NCBI GenBank assembly: GCA_051883455.1
Contig: JBJETT010000004.1
Location: forward strand, 38,260-102,259
DNA from: Christensenellales bacterium
GTDB lineage: Bacteria; Bacillota; Clostridia; Christensenellales; UBA3700
Direction: 5' to 3'
DNA length: 64,000 nt
This document shows positions 35,803 to 46,864 of the stretch, in pieces. Position 1 is the stretch's first letter; each line of letters begins with the position of its first letter. Below the pieces are notes generated by a model. That model was not told where the DNA came from and ran no database searches. It saw only the letters and a program-made list of their open reading frames with translations. The position numbers and the translations under genes are program-made.

Positions 35803-36879
35803 TTATTTGTTAGCTAGTTCAAATTTTTTCATAAATTCTATCAAAGCTTTTACGCCCTCTACAGGCATAGCGTTGTAGATAGAAGCTCTCATACCGCCCA
35901 CGAGTTTGTGACCTTTGATAGAGAGCAGACCGTTTTCGCCTGCTTCTTTGACGAACTTGGCGTCCATATCCTTGTCGCCCGTCACGAAAGGCACGTTCAT
36001 CAAAGAACGGTCTTCCTTGTTAACGTTGTTGGTGTAGAAGGAACTGTTGTCGATAAAGTCGTACAAAAGACCTGCCTTATACTCGTTGATTTTTTGGATT
36101 TCGCTCACGCCGCCCAGCTTTTTGAGGTGTCTGAGGTTGAGCATAGCCATATAGATAGAGAAGCAAGGAGGGGTGTTGTAAAGGCTTCCCGCTTCGGCTT
36201 GAGTTTTCCACTTGAGCATAGTAGGGCAAATTGCTTGACCGTCGCCGATGAGGTCTTTGCGAACGATGACGATAGTCACGCCTGCAGGGGCAACGTTCTT
36301 TTGTGCGCCGGCATACAGCACGCCGTATTTATTTACGTCCATTACTTCGCTGAGAATGTTGGAAGAAACGTCAGCCACCAAGATACCGCTTTTGAGGGTA
36401 GGGAGGGTGGTATATCTCGTACCAAATATGGTATTGTTTTGGCAGATATAGGTATACACGCTGTCGTCTCTTAGGTCAGGGTTTTTAGGAATGTAAGTAA
36501 AGGTCTTGTCCTCGGAAGAAGCGGCGAGGTGAATATCACCGAATTTCTTAGCTTCCTTGTACGCCTTCTTTGCAAAGTTACCCGTAACGATATAGTCGGC
36601 TTTGCCGTTGAGGTCAGGGAGTAGGTTGAGAGGGATAGCTTCGAATTGGGTAGAAGCACCGCCTTGCACCAACAAAACTTCGTAGTTCTCAGGTACGTTC
36701 ATCAACTCTTTGAGGAGTGCGATACATTCGGTATGTATCTCATCATAAAATTTGCTACGATGGCTCATTTCCGTCACGCTCATACCGCATCCGCAGTAAT
36801 CGACGAAGTCTTTTTGCGCTTGCTCAAGAACTTCGAGAGGCAACATCGACGGACCTGCCGAAAAATTGTAAACTCTCAT
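35803..36879 (-). CDS. serC: Phosphoserine aminotransferase
   Basis: MRVYNFSAGPSMLP start; 358 aa, class V aminotransferase. Confidence 0.9.
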   Translation of the reverse strand: MRVYNFSAGPSMLPLEVLEQAQKDFVDYCGCGMSVTEMSHRSKFYDEIHTECIALLKELMNVPENYEVLLVQGGASTQFEAIPLNLLPDLNGKADYIVTGNFAKKAYKEAKKFGDIHLAASSEDKTFTYIPKNPDLRDDSVYTYICQNNTIFGTRYTTLPTLKSGILVADVSSNILSEVMDVNKYGVLYAGAQKNVAPAGVTIVIVRKDLIGDGQAICPTMLKWKTQAEAGSLYNTPPCFSIYMAMLNLRHLKKLGGVSEIQKINEYKAGLLYDFIDNSSFYTNNVNKEDRSLMNVPFVTGDKDMDAKFVKEAGENGLLSIKGHKLVGGMRASIYNAMPVEGVKALIEFMKKFELANK

Positions 36880-37159
36880 ATAGATCTCCTATAAGATTTT
36901 ATTATATTAGTATGATTATAGCACTCTATTTTGCATTTATCAACCCAAAAAGTGTAAGCAATCAAAAATATCGACAAATATTTTGCAAATTTTGTCCAAA
37001 AACGCCTTAGCGCTTATATTTTGATATATCCCTTGCCTTTTTGCATATTTTTATATATAATAAAATCAACGTAGTATGTTTACAATTATTGGTAGAGTAG
37101 CAATTAGCGATTTTTGTAGACGATTTATTTGAATTTAGGCATTGCGCCTTGGAGGATAT

Positions 37160-38812
37160 ATGGCAAGAAAGAAAAAACAACTCAAAGTTGTCTTTTTGGG
37201 TGGCGTGGGCGAGATTGGCAAAAACATGACTGCTCTCGAATACGGCGACAATATAATTATCATAGATTGTGGCTGTACTTTTCCCACCGTTGACACCCCG
37301 GGAGTCGACGTAATCGTACCCGACTTTAGTTATTTAGAGGACAACTATGACAAAATTAGAGGCATAGTAATCACGCATGGACACGAGGACCATATCGGCG
37401 GTCTACCATATCTATTGGACGACTGTCGTCAAATCCCCGTATACGGCAGTTCTTTGACGCTTGCGCTCGTCAAGCACAAGCTCAAAGAGAAGGGGATATC
37501 TATCCCCAAACTCAACGTCGTCAAAGGTGGAGAGGTGCGTAAGGTCGGCTGTTTCGACGTAGAATTTATCAGCGTCACGCACTCAATCAGCGGTGCTTTT
37601 GCACTGTCAATCACCACCCCTGAGGGCGTGGTATTCCACACGGGCGACTACAAGATAGATTACACGCCTATCTCGGGCGAGCATATCAACCTGTCGCGCA
37701 TTGCCGAGATAGGCAACAAGGGCGTTAGACTTATGCTCGGCGAGTCCACCAATATCGAGAAGCAAGGCTCGACGATATCCGAGACCAAAGTCGGCGAAAC
37801 GCTTGACAAAATCATACGCAACAACACCGACAAGCGTATCATCATCGCCACCTTTGCGTCCAATATCAATCGCATACAGCAGATTATATCTATATGCGAA
37901 AATTTGGGTAGACGAGTGGCTTTCAATGGTAGAAGTATGAAAAACATATCTGTAATGGCTAAGGAGCTCAAGCTATTGTCGGCGGGAGAGCAAACAATAG
38001 TAGATATAGACAAGATAGGCGATATCGAGCCACACAAGCTTTGCATCATCACCACCGGCTCGCAAGGAGAGCCGATGAGCGCTTTGACGAGAATGTGCAA
38101 CGGCGAAGACAAAGTGGTAGTGGGTGACAACGACCTTATCATCATATCGTCCTCGCCAATCCCTGGCAACGAAAAGGCGGTATACAACGTCATCAACAAC
38201 CTCTATCGCAGAGGGGCTAAGGTGTTGTACGGCTCTTTGGAAGCTTTGCACGTATCGGGACACGCCTGTCAAGAAGAAATCAAACTTATGACCACGCTCG
38301 TCAAACCGCAATTTTTTATCCCCGTGCACGGTGAATATCGCCACATGCAACAGAATAGAGAATTGGCAATCTCGCTCGGCGTCAATCCCAAGAATACTAT
38401 GATAGCCGAGATAGGTAGTTGCATAGCCGTTAGCAAAAAGGGCTTGACGAGGCTCGACAACGTGGTAGCCGGCAACACTTACGTGGACGGCTTAGCCGGA
38501 GTCGACGCGTCTATACTCAAAGACAGACACCAACTCAGCAAAGAAGGACTGGTGATAGTTCTTATCAGCGTATCGGTGCAAGACAAGAGCATGTGTGCGC
38601 CCGTCGAGGTTATTGCCAGAGGTATCAGCTTAGACGAAGAGCAGACCGACTATATCAAGTCCATTGTCGAAAAGGTCTTCGACGACACCAACTACAACAA
38701 GCCTGAGATTAGGGAAGAATTTAAGGGCAACGTACGCAAGAAGATAAATAGATACTTCAACAACAAGCTTCGCCAAAAGCCAATGGTGCTTCCTATAGTG
38801 ATGGAAAAATGA
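37160..38812 (+). CDS. rnj: Ribonuclease J
   Basis: Metallo-beta-lactamase HGHEDHIGG, beta-CASP, C-terminal domain. Start trimmed to ATG 37160 after GGAGG. Confidence 0.9.
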   Translation: MARKKKQLKVVFLGGVGEIGKNMTALEYGDNIIIIDCGCTFPTVDTPGVDVIVPDFSYLEDNYDKIRGIVITHGHEDHIGGLPYLLDDCRQIPVYGSSLTLALVKHKLKEKGISIPKLNVVKGGEVRKVGCFDVEFISVTHSISGAFALSITTPEGVVFHTGDYKIDYTPISGEHINLSRIAEIGNKGVRLMLGESTNIEKQGSTISETKVGETLDKIIRNNTDKRIIIATFASNINRIQQIISICENLGRRVAFNGRSMKNISVMAKELKLLSAGEQTIVDIDKIGDIEPHKLCIITTGSQGEPMSALTRMCNGEDKVVVGDNDLIIISSSPIPGNEKAVYNVINNLYRRGAKVLYGSLEALHVSGHACQEEIKLMTTLVKPQFFIPVHGEYRHMQQNRELAISLGVNPKNTMIAEIGSCIAVSKKGLTRLDNVVAGNTYVDGLAGVDASILKDRHQLSKEGLVIVLISVSVQDKSMCAPVEVIARGISLDEEQTDYIKSIVEKVFDDTNYNKPEIREEFKGNVRKKINRYFNNKLRQKPMVLPIVMEK

Positions 38813-39396
38813 ATGAGATTTTATCACAAGTACTGACAAGCGCCAGGGATAGACACGTCCCCGTCATAGACGACGACAGTCGAGAAGTTTTGATTAGGAC
38901 GGTAGAGGAGCTCAAGCCTCGCAGAATATTGGAGATAGGCACGGCGATAGGCTATTCGGCGTCGCTCATGGCGCTAAACAGTGATGCCGTTATCGACACC
39001 ATCGAGATGGACGACACGAGGCGCCAAGAGGCAATATCTCTATGGAAAAGGCTTGGCGTTGACGATAGAATCAACGCTTATCTCGGCAATGCGGACGAGA
39101 TTTTGGAGAGCGTCGTAGAGGGCAAAGAGTATGATTTTATCTTCATTGACGGACCTAAGAGCAAGTATTTGTCGCATTATCTTACTTGCTTGCCTCACCT
39201 ATCCGAGGGCGGAGTGGTCTTTGCCGACGACGTATTGTACTTCGGTATGGTAGAGGGCGAAGAATTCGTACCGCACAAGCATAGGACGATTGTTATCAAC
39301 CTAAGACAATTCCTCTCCACGGTGCAAAATGACGACAACGTAGAATGCAAAATAGTTAGAGCAGGCAACGGAGTTGCTATTATAAGGAAAAAATGA
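38809..39396 (+). CDS. trmR: SAM-dependent O-methyltransferase, YrrM/TrmR-like
   Basis: ILEIGTAIGYS and FIFIDGPK motifs. Sits immediately upstream of a U32 peptidase gene, as in the B. subtilis yrrM-yrrN-yrrO locus. Confidence 0.65.
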   Translation: MNEILSQVLTSARDRHVPVIDDDSREVLIRTVEELKPRRILEIGTAIGYSASLMALNSDAVIDTIEMDDTRRQEAISLWKRLGVDDRINAYLGNADEILESVVEGKEYDFIFIDGPKSKYLSHYLTCLPHLSEGGVVFADDVLYFGMVEGEEFVPHKHRTIVINLRQFLSTVQNDDNVECKIVRAGNGVAIIRKK

Positions 39397-40625
39397 ACAA
39401 GACGGAACTATTGTCTCCCGCGGGAGACCTCAACAAACTCAAGACGGCACTGCACTTCGGTGCGGACGCGGTGTATGCGGGTGGCAACGCCTTCAGTTTG
39501 CGTGCCAACGCCAAAAACTTTGACGACAACGCGCTCATCGAAGCCGTCAAGTACACCCACGCTATGGGCAAAAAGATATATATTGCCACCAATATTTTGG
39601 CAAAAAACGACGACTTCGTCAGACTAGGCGAGTACTTTGCTTTTCTCTACGATATAGGAGTCGACGCGGTGATTATCTCCGACCCCGGCGTGATGACGGT
39701 ATGCAAACAATATGCACCTAATATGGAGATACATATCTCTACCCAAGCCAACACCACCAACAAATATTCTGCCAAGTTTTGGGCGGATTTGGGTGCCAAG
39801 AGGATAGTGCTTGCGAGAGAAACGTCGCTCAAAGACGTGAGAGAAATACGCGATTTTCTTCCTAGCGACGTGGAGATAGAGGCGTTCGTTCACGGCGCAA
39901 TGTGCATATCCTACAGCGGAAGATGCTTGCTTTCCAACGCGCTGACGGGACGCTCTTCCAATAGGGGCGATTGTGTCCAAGCGTGCAGGTGGGAATATCA
40001 GATGGTAGAAGCCAATCGCGGCGGCAATCCTCTCACTATAGGTCAAGAGGGTGATAAGGGCACCTATATTCTCAATTCCAAGGACCTCAATATGATAGAG
40101 TATATCGACCGCCTAATAGATTGCGGGGTATATTCCTTCAAGATAGAGGGCAGAATGAAATCGCCATACTACGTGGCAAGTGTCACCAACGCCTATCGCA
40201 AGGCAATCGACTTGTACTATCAAGACCCCGAGCATTACAAACCTAATGATATGCTAATTGGCGAGTTGTTCAAAAACAGTCATAGAGATTACACCACGGG
40301 TTTCTACTTCGACTCGTCGGATAGCGTGTGTCTTAGCACTTCTCAGCCTAGTTGCGACTACGAGTTTATTGCCGAAGTTATAGGCTACGACGAAGAGAGA
40401 GGTTGTGTTATAGTCGAGCAACGCAATAGATTTAAGGTAGGCGACGAGCTGGAAATTTTGTCGGCGGATGGCGATTGTTGGAATAAGATTATCAAGGTAG
40501 ATAAGATATACGATAGCTTAGGCGAGGAGATAGAGGACGCCAAAATCGTCCAACAAGTATTGTATATCCCTACCCAATATAGGCTAGAGCCAAAAGATAT
40601 TTTACGCAAAGAGGTAAAGAGATGA
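39393..40625 (+). CDS. Peptidase U32 family protein (TrhP-like, tRNA ho5U pathway)
   Basis: ELLSPAGD start; E..VHGAMC.SYSGRCLLS U32 signature. Confidence 0.75.
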   Translation: MNKTELLSPAGDLNKLKTALHFGADAVYAGGNAFSLRANAKNFDDNALIEAVKYTHAMGKKIYIATNILAKNDDFVRLGEYFAFLYDIGVDAVIISDPGVMTVCKQYAPNMEIHISTQANTTNKYSAKFWADLGAKRIVLARETSLKDVREIRDFLPSDVEIEAFVHGAMCISYSGRCLLSNALTGRSSNRGDCVQACRWEYQMVEANRGGNPLTIGQEGDKGTYILNSKDLNMIEYIDRLIDCGVYSFKIEGRMKSPYYVASVTNAYRKAIDLYYQDPEHYKPNDMLIGELFKNSHRDYTTGFYFDSSDSVCLSTSQPSCDYEFIAEVIGYDEERGCVIVEQRNRFKVGDELEILSADGDCWNKIIKVDKIYDSLGEEIEDAKIVQQVLYIPTQYRLEPKDILRKEVKR

Positions 40626-41839
40626 AAGGGACGGTTTTGATTTTGTATCAAAGCGGAGTGTACGACCAATCGGCTGTGGCGATAGAGGACTATTTGAGCG
40701 TCAATTATCGCGACTACGAGGTCGTGGCGGTAGACCAAGACAGGTTTTCCTATCTTTTCTCAGCCAAGATTCAGCGCGGACTTTACAAGGCTAGCGCTAG
40801 ATTGTTACCGATTTTCAATAGATTTGTCGGTCCGATAAGGCTATTTGGGACTAAAAAAGACGTAGAAGACGGGGCAGAGAGCACCGAGGCTCAGCCCAAG
40901 GAAGTAGGCAACGAGGGAGAGGTTAAGGTCAAATATCGCAAGATAGACAACGTGCTCAAAAGGTTTGACCCCGATGTGGTTTTGTGCCTATCGCCTAAGT
41001 CGCACGACAAGGCGCTCAAGGCTCGCAAAAAGCTTGGCAAAAATATGCCAATCTACGCGATGACCACCGATTATTGCCTAGACTTCGACTTTATCAATAC
41101 TCTCAGCGACGGCTATTTTGTGCAAAATCAACAAGTGGCGCAAGCCATGCTATCGGCAGGCGTAGAGAGTCAAAAAATACTAGTTGCTGGCACTCCCGCC
41201 AAGCATAGTCAAGCCACTTACGATAGAGAGGCTACTTGTCAAAAGTATGGCGTTGACTCATCTCTTCCCGTCATTTTGATGGTGGGCGGTAGATACGGTT
41301 GCGACTATCTCAAAGACGCGTTTAGCGTACTTGGCGAGTACTATCGCACCGTCAATCTCATCGTCGTAACTTCGGGTAGCAAGAGCCTCAAAAATTATAT
41401 CAAGACTTATTGTAGCAACAAGGGTATTGATAGCAACGTATCACTCGTCGACAACGTGCAGGATATGCAAGAGCTGTATTCTATAGCCAGCGTTTTAGTG
41501 ACTTCGCCAACGGCGGGAGTTACCATCGAAGCTATTGCCAATCGCTTGCCAATGGTACTTATCAAACCTATGAACAATACCGAAAAGGGCAACTATTCTT
41601 ACCTCACTAGTCAGTCTTTGGCGTACTGCGGAGCAGGTAAGCATCAACTCTTGTCGTCCGTACTATCGTTGCTCAACGATGAGGGCGAGTACAACAAGGC
41701 GATATCCCGACTAGACGGCAGAGGAGAGGATACGACTTCAATGGTTTGCGCGACTTTGACGGATAGGGCGTACGAACATAGACAGGCAATGCAAAAACCT
41801 ACCGAGGACGATAATACGGAGGAAAATAACAATGATTAA
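40622..41839 (+). CDS. Glycosyltransferase, MGDG-synthase/UgtP-like
   Basis: The C-terminal part SPTAGVTIEAIANRLPMVLIKP...EKGN resembles the GT28 C-terminal region. The N-terminal domain is diverged. Confidence 0.5.
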   Translation: MKGTVLILYQSGVYDQSAVAIEDYLSVNYRDYEVVAVDQDRFSYLFSAKIQRGLYKASARLLPIFNRFVGPIRLFGTKKDVEDGAESTEAQPKEVGNEGEVKVKYRKIDNVLKRFDPDVVLCLSPKSHDKALKARKKLGKNMPIYAMTTDYCLDFDFINTLSDGYFVQNQQVAQAMLSAGVESQKILVAGTPAKHSQATYDREATCQKYGVDSSLPVILMVGGRYGCDYLKDAFSVLGEYYRTVNLIVVTSGSKSLKNYIKTYCSNKGIDSNVSLVDNVQDMQELYSIASVLVTSPTAGVTIEAIANRLPMVLIKPMNNTEKGNYSYLTSQSLAYCGAGKHQLLSSVLSLLNDEGEYNKAISRLDGRGEDTTSMVCATLTDRAYEHRQAMQKPTEDDNTEENNND

Positions 41840-42119
41840 ACACGTAGTAATGTATAAGCTTCTAGACGATAGTCAAGAGGCAAAGGACGCACTCGTTGCA
41901 AGATTTATGTCCATGCAAGGCAAAATAGAGGTGCTCAAATCTATAGAAGCGGGCAAGGATTGTCTTGGCTCGGACAGAAGCTTTGACGTAGTTTTGATTT
42001 GCACTTTCGACAGCCTTGCCGATATGCAGGTATACAAAGACCACCCTGTACACGTACCCGTTATGCAGTACGTCAAGAGCGTGGTTGCCAAGTCGCACAG
42101 CGTTGATTTTCAATATTAG
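41832..42119 (+). CDS. Dabb (stress-responsive alpha/beta barrel) family protein
   Basis: 95 aa with MIKHVVMYKL...FDSLADMQVYKDHPVH. Confidence 0.75.
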   Translation: MIKHVVMYKLLDDSQEAKDALVARFMSMQGKIEVLKSIEAGKDCLGSDRSFDVVLICTFDSLADMQVYKDHPVHVPVMQYVKSVVAKSHSVDFQY

Positions 42120-42128
42120 GAGGAGTAT

Positions 42129-42623
42129 ATGCAAAAGATTCAAATTGTACTTAGTGACGGCAGAGTTATGAATGCCGAGCTCTACGAGGACGTAGCGCCC
42201 GTTACCGTCGAAAATTTTCTCAAACTTATCGACGAGGACTTTTTCGCGGGGCTGATTTTTCATAGGGTAATTCCAAGATTTATGATTCAAGGCGGAGGCA
42301 TGGACGTGGCTTTCAATCCCAAGAACGCCTCGGCTATCAAGGGCGAATTTAAGTCCAACGGCTACGACAATCCTCTCAAACATACCAAGGGCGTACTGTC
42401 AATGGCGAGGACCAATATGCCCAATTCGGCTAGTTCGCAGTTCTTTATATGCGTAGAGGATACGCCTTTTCTTGACGGAGAATACGCGACATTCGGTCGT
42501 TTGAGTGACCAAGAGAGCGTCGATATAGCAGTTGATATATCCAAAGTGTATACCGTATCGGTAGGCTACTACGACGACGTGCCTTACGAGCCAATCGTCA
42601 TCAAGACTATCAAAAGAGCTTGA
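42129..42623 (+). CDS. ppiB: Cyclophilin-type peptidyl-prolyl isomerase
   Basis: FHRVIPRFMIQGG, MAR...NSASSQFFI, FGR motifs. Confidence 0.9.
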   Translation: MQKIQIVLSDGRVMNAELYEDVAPVTVENFLKLIDEDFFAGLIFHRVIPRFMIQGGGMDVAFNPKNASAIKGEFKSNGYDNPLKHTKGVLSMARTNMPNSASSQFFICVEDTPFLDGEYATFGRLSDQESVDIAVDISKVYTVSVGYYDDVPYEPIVIKTIKRA

Positions 42624-42655
42624 CCTTACCACTTGTCAACGATACCAAAATTATC

Positions 42656-42684
42656 AAAAAAGTCGATACGTATCGACTTTTTTG
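42656..42684. terminator. Rho-independent terminator
   Basis: Perfect palindrome AGTCGATAC/GTATCGACT flanked by A6 and T6 runs. Confidence 0.85.
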
Positions 42685-42940
42685 CGTATTATCGTTAGTT
42701 TCTTCGTTGGTTTAGGTATGAAATTTTTTGTTGACAACTTCTAGCAAATTTTATGTTGACTGCCATAGCGTTTTGGCTTTTAGTCAATCGTGAGTTAGAA
42801 TTATTACGTGATTTTTTGGGTGGATAATCTTACGCATATAGCGCAATTTTGACATATTTTTCATCTTCGACTTGCTAAGGGTAGGCGAAATTTGCTTTAC
42901 TTTGTAATAATATTATTATATAATCACCCATAGGTGAAGT

Positions 42941-44230
42941 ATGGCAAAAATCATTGCAATAGACGACAATTCCATAGGCAAAGAGATAGGACTCGAGGTA
43001 GGCGACGAGCTTTTAGGCTTTGACGGCTATCCTCTCGTTGATATTCTCGACTACCTCTACTACGACGACCAAGAAGAGTTTGTGATGAATATCAAGAGCA
43101 AGCAAGGCGATATCGTCGACGTCGAGATAGAGAAGGACGTTGACGAGAAGTTAGGACTAACTCTAGATGAGAGTGTAGAGCTCAACGCTATGCCTTGCAA
43201 AAATAAGTGCATCTTTTGTTTCGTTGACCAACTTCCTAAAGGTATGAGAGATACTCTCTACGTCAAGGACGACGACTATCGTCTATCCTTCGTCAGTGGC
43301 AACTACGTCACCCTCACCAACGTGGGCGACAAAGAATTGGAGCGTATCGCAAGGCTCAAGCTCAGCCCGTTATATATCTCGGTGCATTGCTACGACAAGG
43401 CTACCAAGAAGCTTATGGTTGCCAATCCGCACGGAGCAGAGCTATTTGACAAGATGCAATATCTCAAGGAGCACGGCATTCAAATGCACGCTCAAATCGT
43501 ACTATGCAAGGGCGTCAACGACGGTGAAATATTGCAAGAAACATTGTGCCATCTATACGATTTAAGACCCAACTTGCTCTCGGTGGCAGTCATACCCGTT
43601 GGCTTGAGCGGACATAGAGAGGGATTGTATAAGTTGCAACCAATCGACGAGGATTGCGCCCGCAAGGTGATAGCGCAAGTCGAGGGATTTGACAAGCACG
43701 TGGGGGGAAGCTTTTGCTATTGCTCGGACGAATTTTATCTCAAAGCCGGACTTCCGCTTCCTAGTTACGATAGCTACGGCGACTTTGGTCAAATCGAGAA
43801 CGGCGTCGGTTTGGTCGCGCAGTTTGAGAGAGAGTTTGAGGTCGCACTCGACGCCGTACAGCCGAGTGACAAGCAAATTAAACTTGATTTTGTTACGGGC
43901 AAGTCTTTTTGCGATATTCTTACACGTTTGTTAGAGAGAGCTAAGAGCAAATTTTCGGGATTGCAATACAAGGTTCACGCTATACGCAACGACCATTTTG
44001 GCGAAAGTATCACGGTTGCGGGGCTTGTCACGGCTAAGGATATAATCGCGCAAGTACAAGAGCCGTGTGGCAAGGTAGTAATTCCCGCCAATATGCTCAG
44101 AGAGTTTACCACCACTTTTTTGGACGGAATGAGCGTTGAAGAATTATCAAAGAGATTGGATAGCAAAATCTACGTTAGCGGTGGTGGCGGAGACGTTATC
44201 AAAATAATCAGCGAGGTGGCAAATGAGTAA
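42941..44230 (+). CDS. DUF512 (PDZ plus radical-SAM-like) protein
   Basis: PCKNKCIFCFVDQLPKGMRDTLYVKDDDYRLSF. Upstream of and overlapping der, the usual Firmicute context. Confidence 0.75.
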   Translation: MAKIIAIDDNSIGKEIGLEVGDELLGFDGYPLVDILDYLYYDDQEEFVMNIKSKQGDIVDVEIEKDVDEKLGLTLDESVELNAMPCKNKCIFCFVDQLPKGMRDTLYVKDDDYRLSFVSGNYVTLTNVGDKELERIARLKLSPLYISVHCYDKATKKLMVANPHGAELFDKMQYLKEHGIQMHAQIVLCKGVNDGEILQETLCHLYDLRPNLLSVAVIPVGLSGHREGLYKLQPIDEDCARKVIAQVEGFDKHVGGSFCYCSDEFYLKAGLPLPSYDSYGDFGQIENGVGLVAQFEREFEVALDAVQPSDKQIKLDFVTGKSFCDILTRLLERAKSKFSGLQYKVHAIRNDHFGESITVAGLVTAKDIIAQVQEPCGKVVIPANMLREFTTTFLDGMSVEELSKRLDSKIYVSGGGGDVIKIISEVANE

Positions 44231-45542
44231 ACCGCTCGTGGCTATAGTCGGCAGACCCAACGTGGGCAAATCCACGCTGTTCAACCGAATAGTCGGCAAA
44301 AAAGTTAGTATAGTAGAAGATATGGAGGGCGTGACCCGAGACAGGTTGTATTGTGACGCAGAGTGGTGCGGATACAACTTTACTTTGGTTGACACGGGTG
44401 GCTTGGAGATTAAGAGTCAAGACAAAATGTGGCAACATATTCGCGCCCAAGCTCAAATGGCAGTCGATATAGCAGACGTGATAGTCTACGTTGCCGACGG
44501 CAAGAGCGGATTGACCGCCAACGACTACGAAGTGGCGGAGTTTTTGCGTGGTTGCAACAAGCCTATCATAGTAGCCGTCAACAAGCTTGACAACAACGAA
44601 ACGGAGAATTCCTTTGATTTTTACGAATTGGGACTTGGCACCGTGGTTGCGATATCGGCGGAGCAGTCCAAGGGTATAGGCGACCTGCTCGACGAAGTGG
44701 TAGAGCATCTTCCTAAGTACGACACTCAGCAAGATGAGGGCAAACTCAACGTGGCAATCGTGGGCAAGCCTAACGCAGGCAAATCTTCTATCACCAATCG
44801 CATTTTGGGCTACGACAGAGTTATCGTCAGCAACGTAGCGGGCACTACCCGTGACGCTATCGACGCGGATTTTGAGTGGCAGGGCAAAAAGTTTAATATA
44901 ATAGATACGGCGGGCATACGCAAGAAGTCGAGTGTCGAAGAGGGCGTGGAGCAGTACAGCGTAATGCGTTCTTTGGCGGCAATTCGCAGGGCGGACGTCG
45001 TACTCGTGGTGATTGACGCTCAAGAGGGACTCAGCGAACAAGACGTCAAGATTTGTGGCTATGCGCACGAGCAAGGCAAGCCGTCGGTCATCGTCATGAA
45101 CAAGTGGGATACAATCGAGAAGGACACCTACACAGTCAACACCTTCAACAAAAAGATTTTGACCGAGCTCAAGTTCATGGACTATTTCGTGGCAGAATAC
45201 GTATCCGCCAAGACGGGACAAAGGATAGAGAAGCTGCTTGTCAAGGCTTTGGAGGTTTACGAAGAGGCTAGCAAGCGTATTGCAACGGGCGTACTCAACG
45301 ACGTGGTGCAAGACGCAACGATTGCGGTAGAGCCGCCGTCCGACAACGGCAAGAGACTCAAGGTCTACTACGTGACCCAAGCCTCTACCAATCCGCCTAC
45401 CTTCGTATTCTTCGTCAACGATACCAAGCTATTGCACTTTAGCTATGAGCGTTATCTCGAAAACGCCCTTCGCAAAGCCTTCACTTTCAAGGGCACGCCA
45501 ATTAGAATAATAGTACGCAATAAGAGTGAAAAAGATATATGA
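44223..45542 (+). CDS. der: Ribosome-biogenesis GTPase Der (EngA)
   Basis: Two G domains (GRPNVGKST and GKPNAGKSS) plus a KH-like C-terminus. Confidence 0.95.
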   Translation: MSKPLVAIVGRPNVGKSTLFNRIVGKKVSIVEDMEGVTRDRLYCDAEWCGYNFTLVDTGGLEIKSQDKMWQHIRAQAQMAVDIADVIVYVADGKSGLTANDYEVAEFLRGCNKPIIVAVNKLDNNETENSFDFYELGLGTVVAISAEQSKGIGDLLDEVVEHLPKYDTQQDEGKLNVAIVGKPNAGKSSITNRILGYDRVIVSNVAGTTRDAIDADFEWQGKKFNIIDTAGIRKKSSVEEGVEQYSVMRSLAAIRRADVVLVVIDAQEGLSEQDVKICGYAHEQGKPSVIVMNKWDTIEKDTYTVNTFNKKILTELKFMDYFVAEYVSAKTGQRIEKLLVKALEVYEEASKRIATGVLNDVVQDATIAVEPPSDNGKRLKVYYVTQASTNPPTFVFFVNDTKLLHFSYERYLENALRKAFTFKGTPIRIIVRNKSEKDI

Positions 45543-45597
45543 TTTTAGTTGTTAATTAGTTAACGATATGCTAAAATTGATGCAAAAAGGAGAGAGT

Positions 45598-46863
45598 ATG
45601 AATTATTTGTCATTGACCAAAGAAGAACTTACCAATTATCTTGCGCAGGAGAGAAGAAACTACGACGCCATAGTTGCCGAGGGCAACAAGGTTGATATAG
45701 CGAGAGGCAAGCCTTGCAACGAACAGCTTGATATAGCTATGCCAATGCTCGATATGGCAGAGGAGCTCAAAGCAATGCCTAAGAGCTATCGCAACTACGG
45801 AATGCTCGAGGGTATACCCGAGATGAGAGGACTTTTCGCCGAGATTTTGGGGGTCAAATCCGACAACGTAATCGTAGGCGGTGCGTCGAGCCTCAATCTC
45901 ATGTACGACACTATCCAACGCAATCTCCAATTCGGCGTTTGCGGTGGCAAACCTTGGAATTCTTCTCCTATCAAATTTATTTGTCCCGTACCGGGATACG
46001 ATAGACACTTCGGCATACTTCAACACTTTGGCATAGAGATGATTAGCGTCAACATGACCGACCAAGGACCTAACATGGATTTGGTAGAAAAGCTCGTGGA
46101 GAGCGACGAGTCTATCAAGGGTATGTGGTGCGTGCCTAAGTATAGCAATCCTACGGGCATAACTTACAGTGACGAGGTTGTGACTCGTCTTGCCAATATG
46201 AAGACCAAAGCTAGTGATTTCCGCATCTTTTGGGACAACGCCTATTGCGTGCACGAGTTGACTGACACGCCCGACGTGCTCAAGAATATAATGCAAGCTT
46301 GCATCGAGGCGGGCAACGAGGACAGAGTGTATGAGTTTACCTCCACCTCCAAGATCACCTTTGCGGGAGCTGGCGTCGCTTGCATAGCTGCTAGCGCCAA
46401 CAACGTCAAGGATATCTTGTCGCACCTCACTTATCAAACTATCAGCTACAACAAAGTATCGCAATATATGCACTATTTATATCTCAAGAGCGTGGACAAT
46501 ATCGCAGAGATTATGAAGAAGCAAATGCAAGTCATCAAACCAAAATTCGACACCGTCATCGGTGCTTTGGAAGAGAATTTTGGAGCGGACAACGGCGTAT
46601 GCACTTGGACGACTCCAAAGGGCGGATATTTCATCACCCTCGACACTTACCCGGGCTGTGCTTCTAGAGTGGGCGAGCTTTGCAAGAAGGCAGGCTTGAC
46701 CATCACCCCGGCGGGTGCGCCTTTCCCATACGGAGTGGACGACGACGACAAGACCTTGCGTATTGCACCAACCTTTACCTCCGACAGCGACCTAGCGGTA
46801 GCCGTCAAGATATTGGTATGCTGTATCAAGGTGGCAGTACTAGAGAAGCTTTTGGAGTTGTAA
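45598..46863 (+). CDS. PLP-dependent aminotransferase, fold type I, Asp-aminotransferase-like
   Basis: About 420 aa with a STSKITFAGAG lysine region. Start trimmed to ATG 45598 after GGAGAG. Confidence 0.6.
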   Translation: MNYLSLTKEELTNYLAQERRNYDAIVAEGNKVDIARGKPCNEQLDIAMPMLDMAEELKAMPKSYRNYGMLEGIPEMRGLFAEILGVKSDNVIVGGASSLNLMYDTIQRNLQFGVCGGKPWNSSPIKFICPVPGYDRHFGILQHFGIEMISVNMTDQGPNMDLVEKLVESDESIKGMWCVPKYSNPTGITYSDEVVTRLANMKTKASDFRIFWDNAYCVHELTDTPDVLKNIMQACIEAGNEDRVYEFTSTSKITFAGAGVACIAASANNVKDILSHLTYQTISYNKVSQYMHYLYLKSVDNIAEIMKKQMQVIKPKFDTVIGALEENFGADNGVCTWTTPKGGYFITLDTYPGCASRVGELCKKAGLTITPAGAPFPYGVDDDDKTLRIAPTFTSDSDLAVAVKILVCCIKVAVLEKLLEL

Positions 46864-46864
46864 T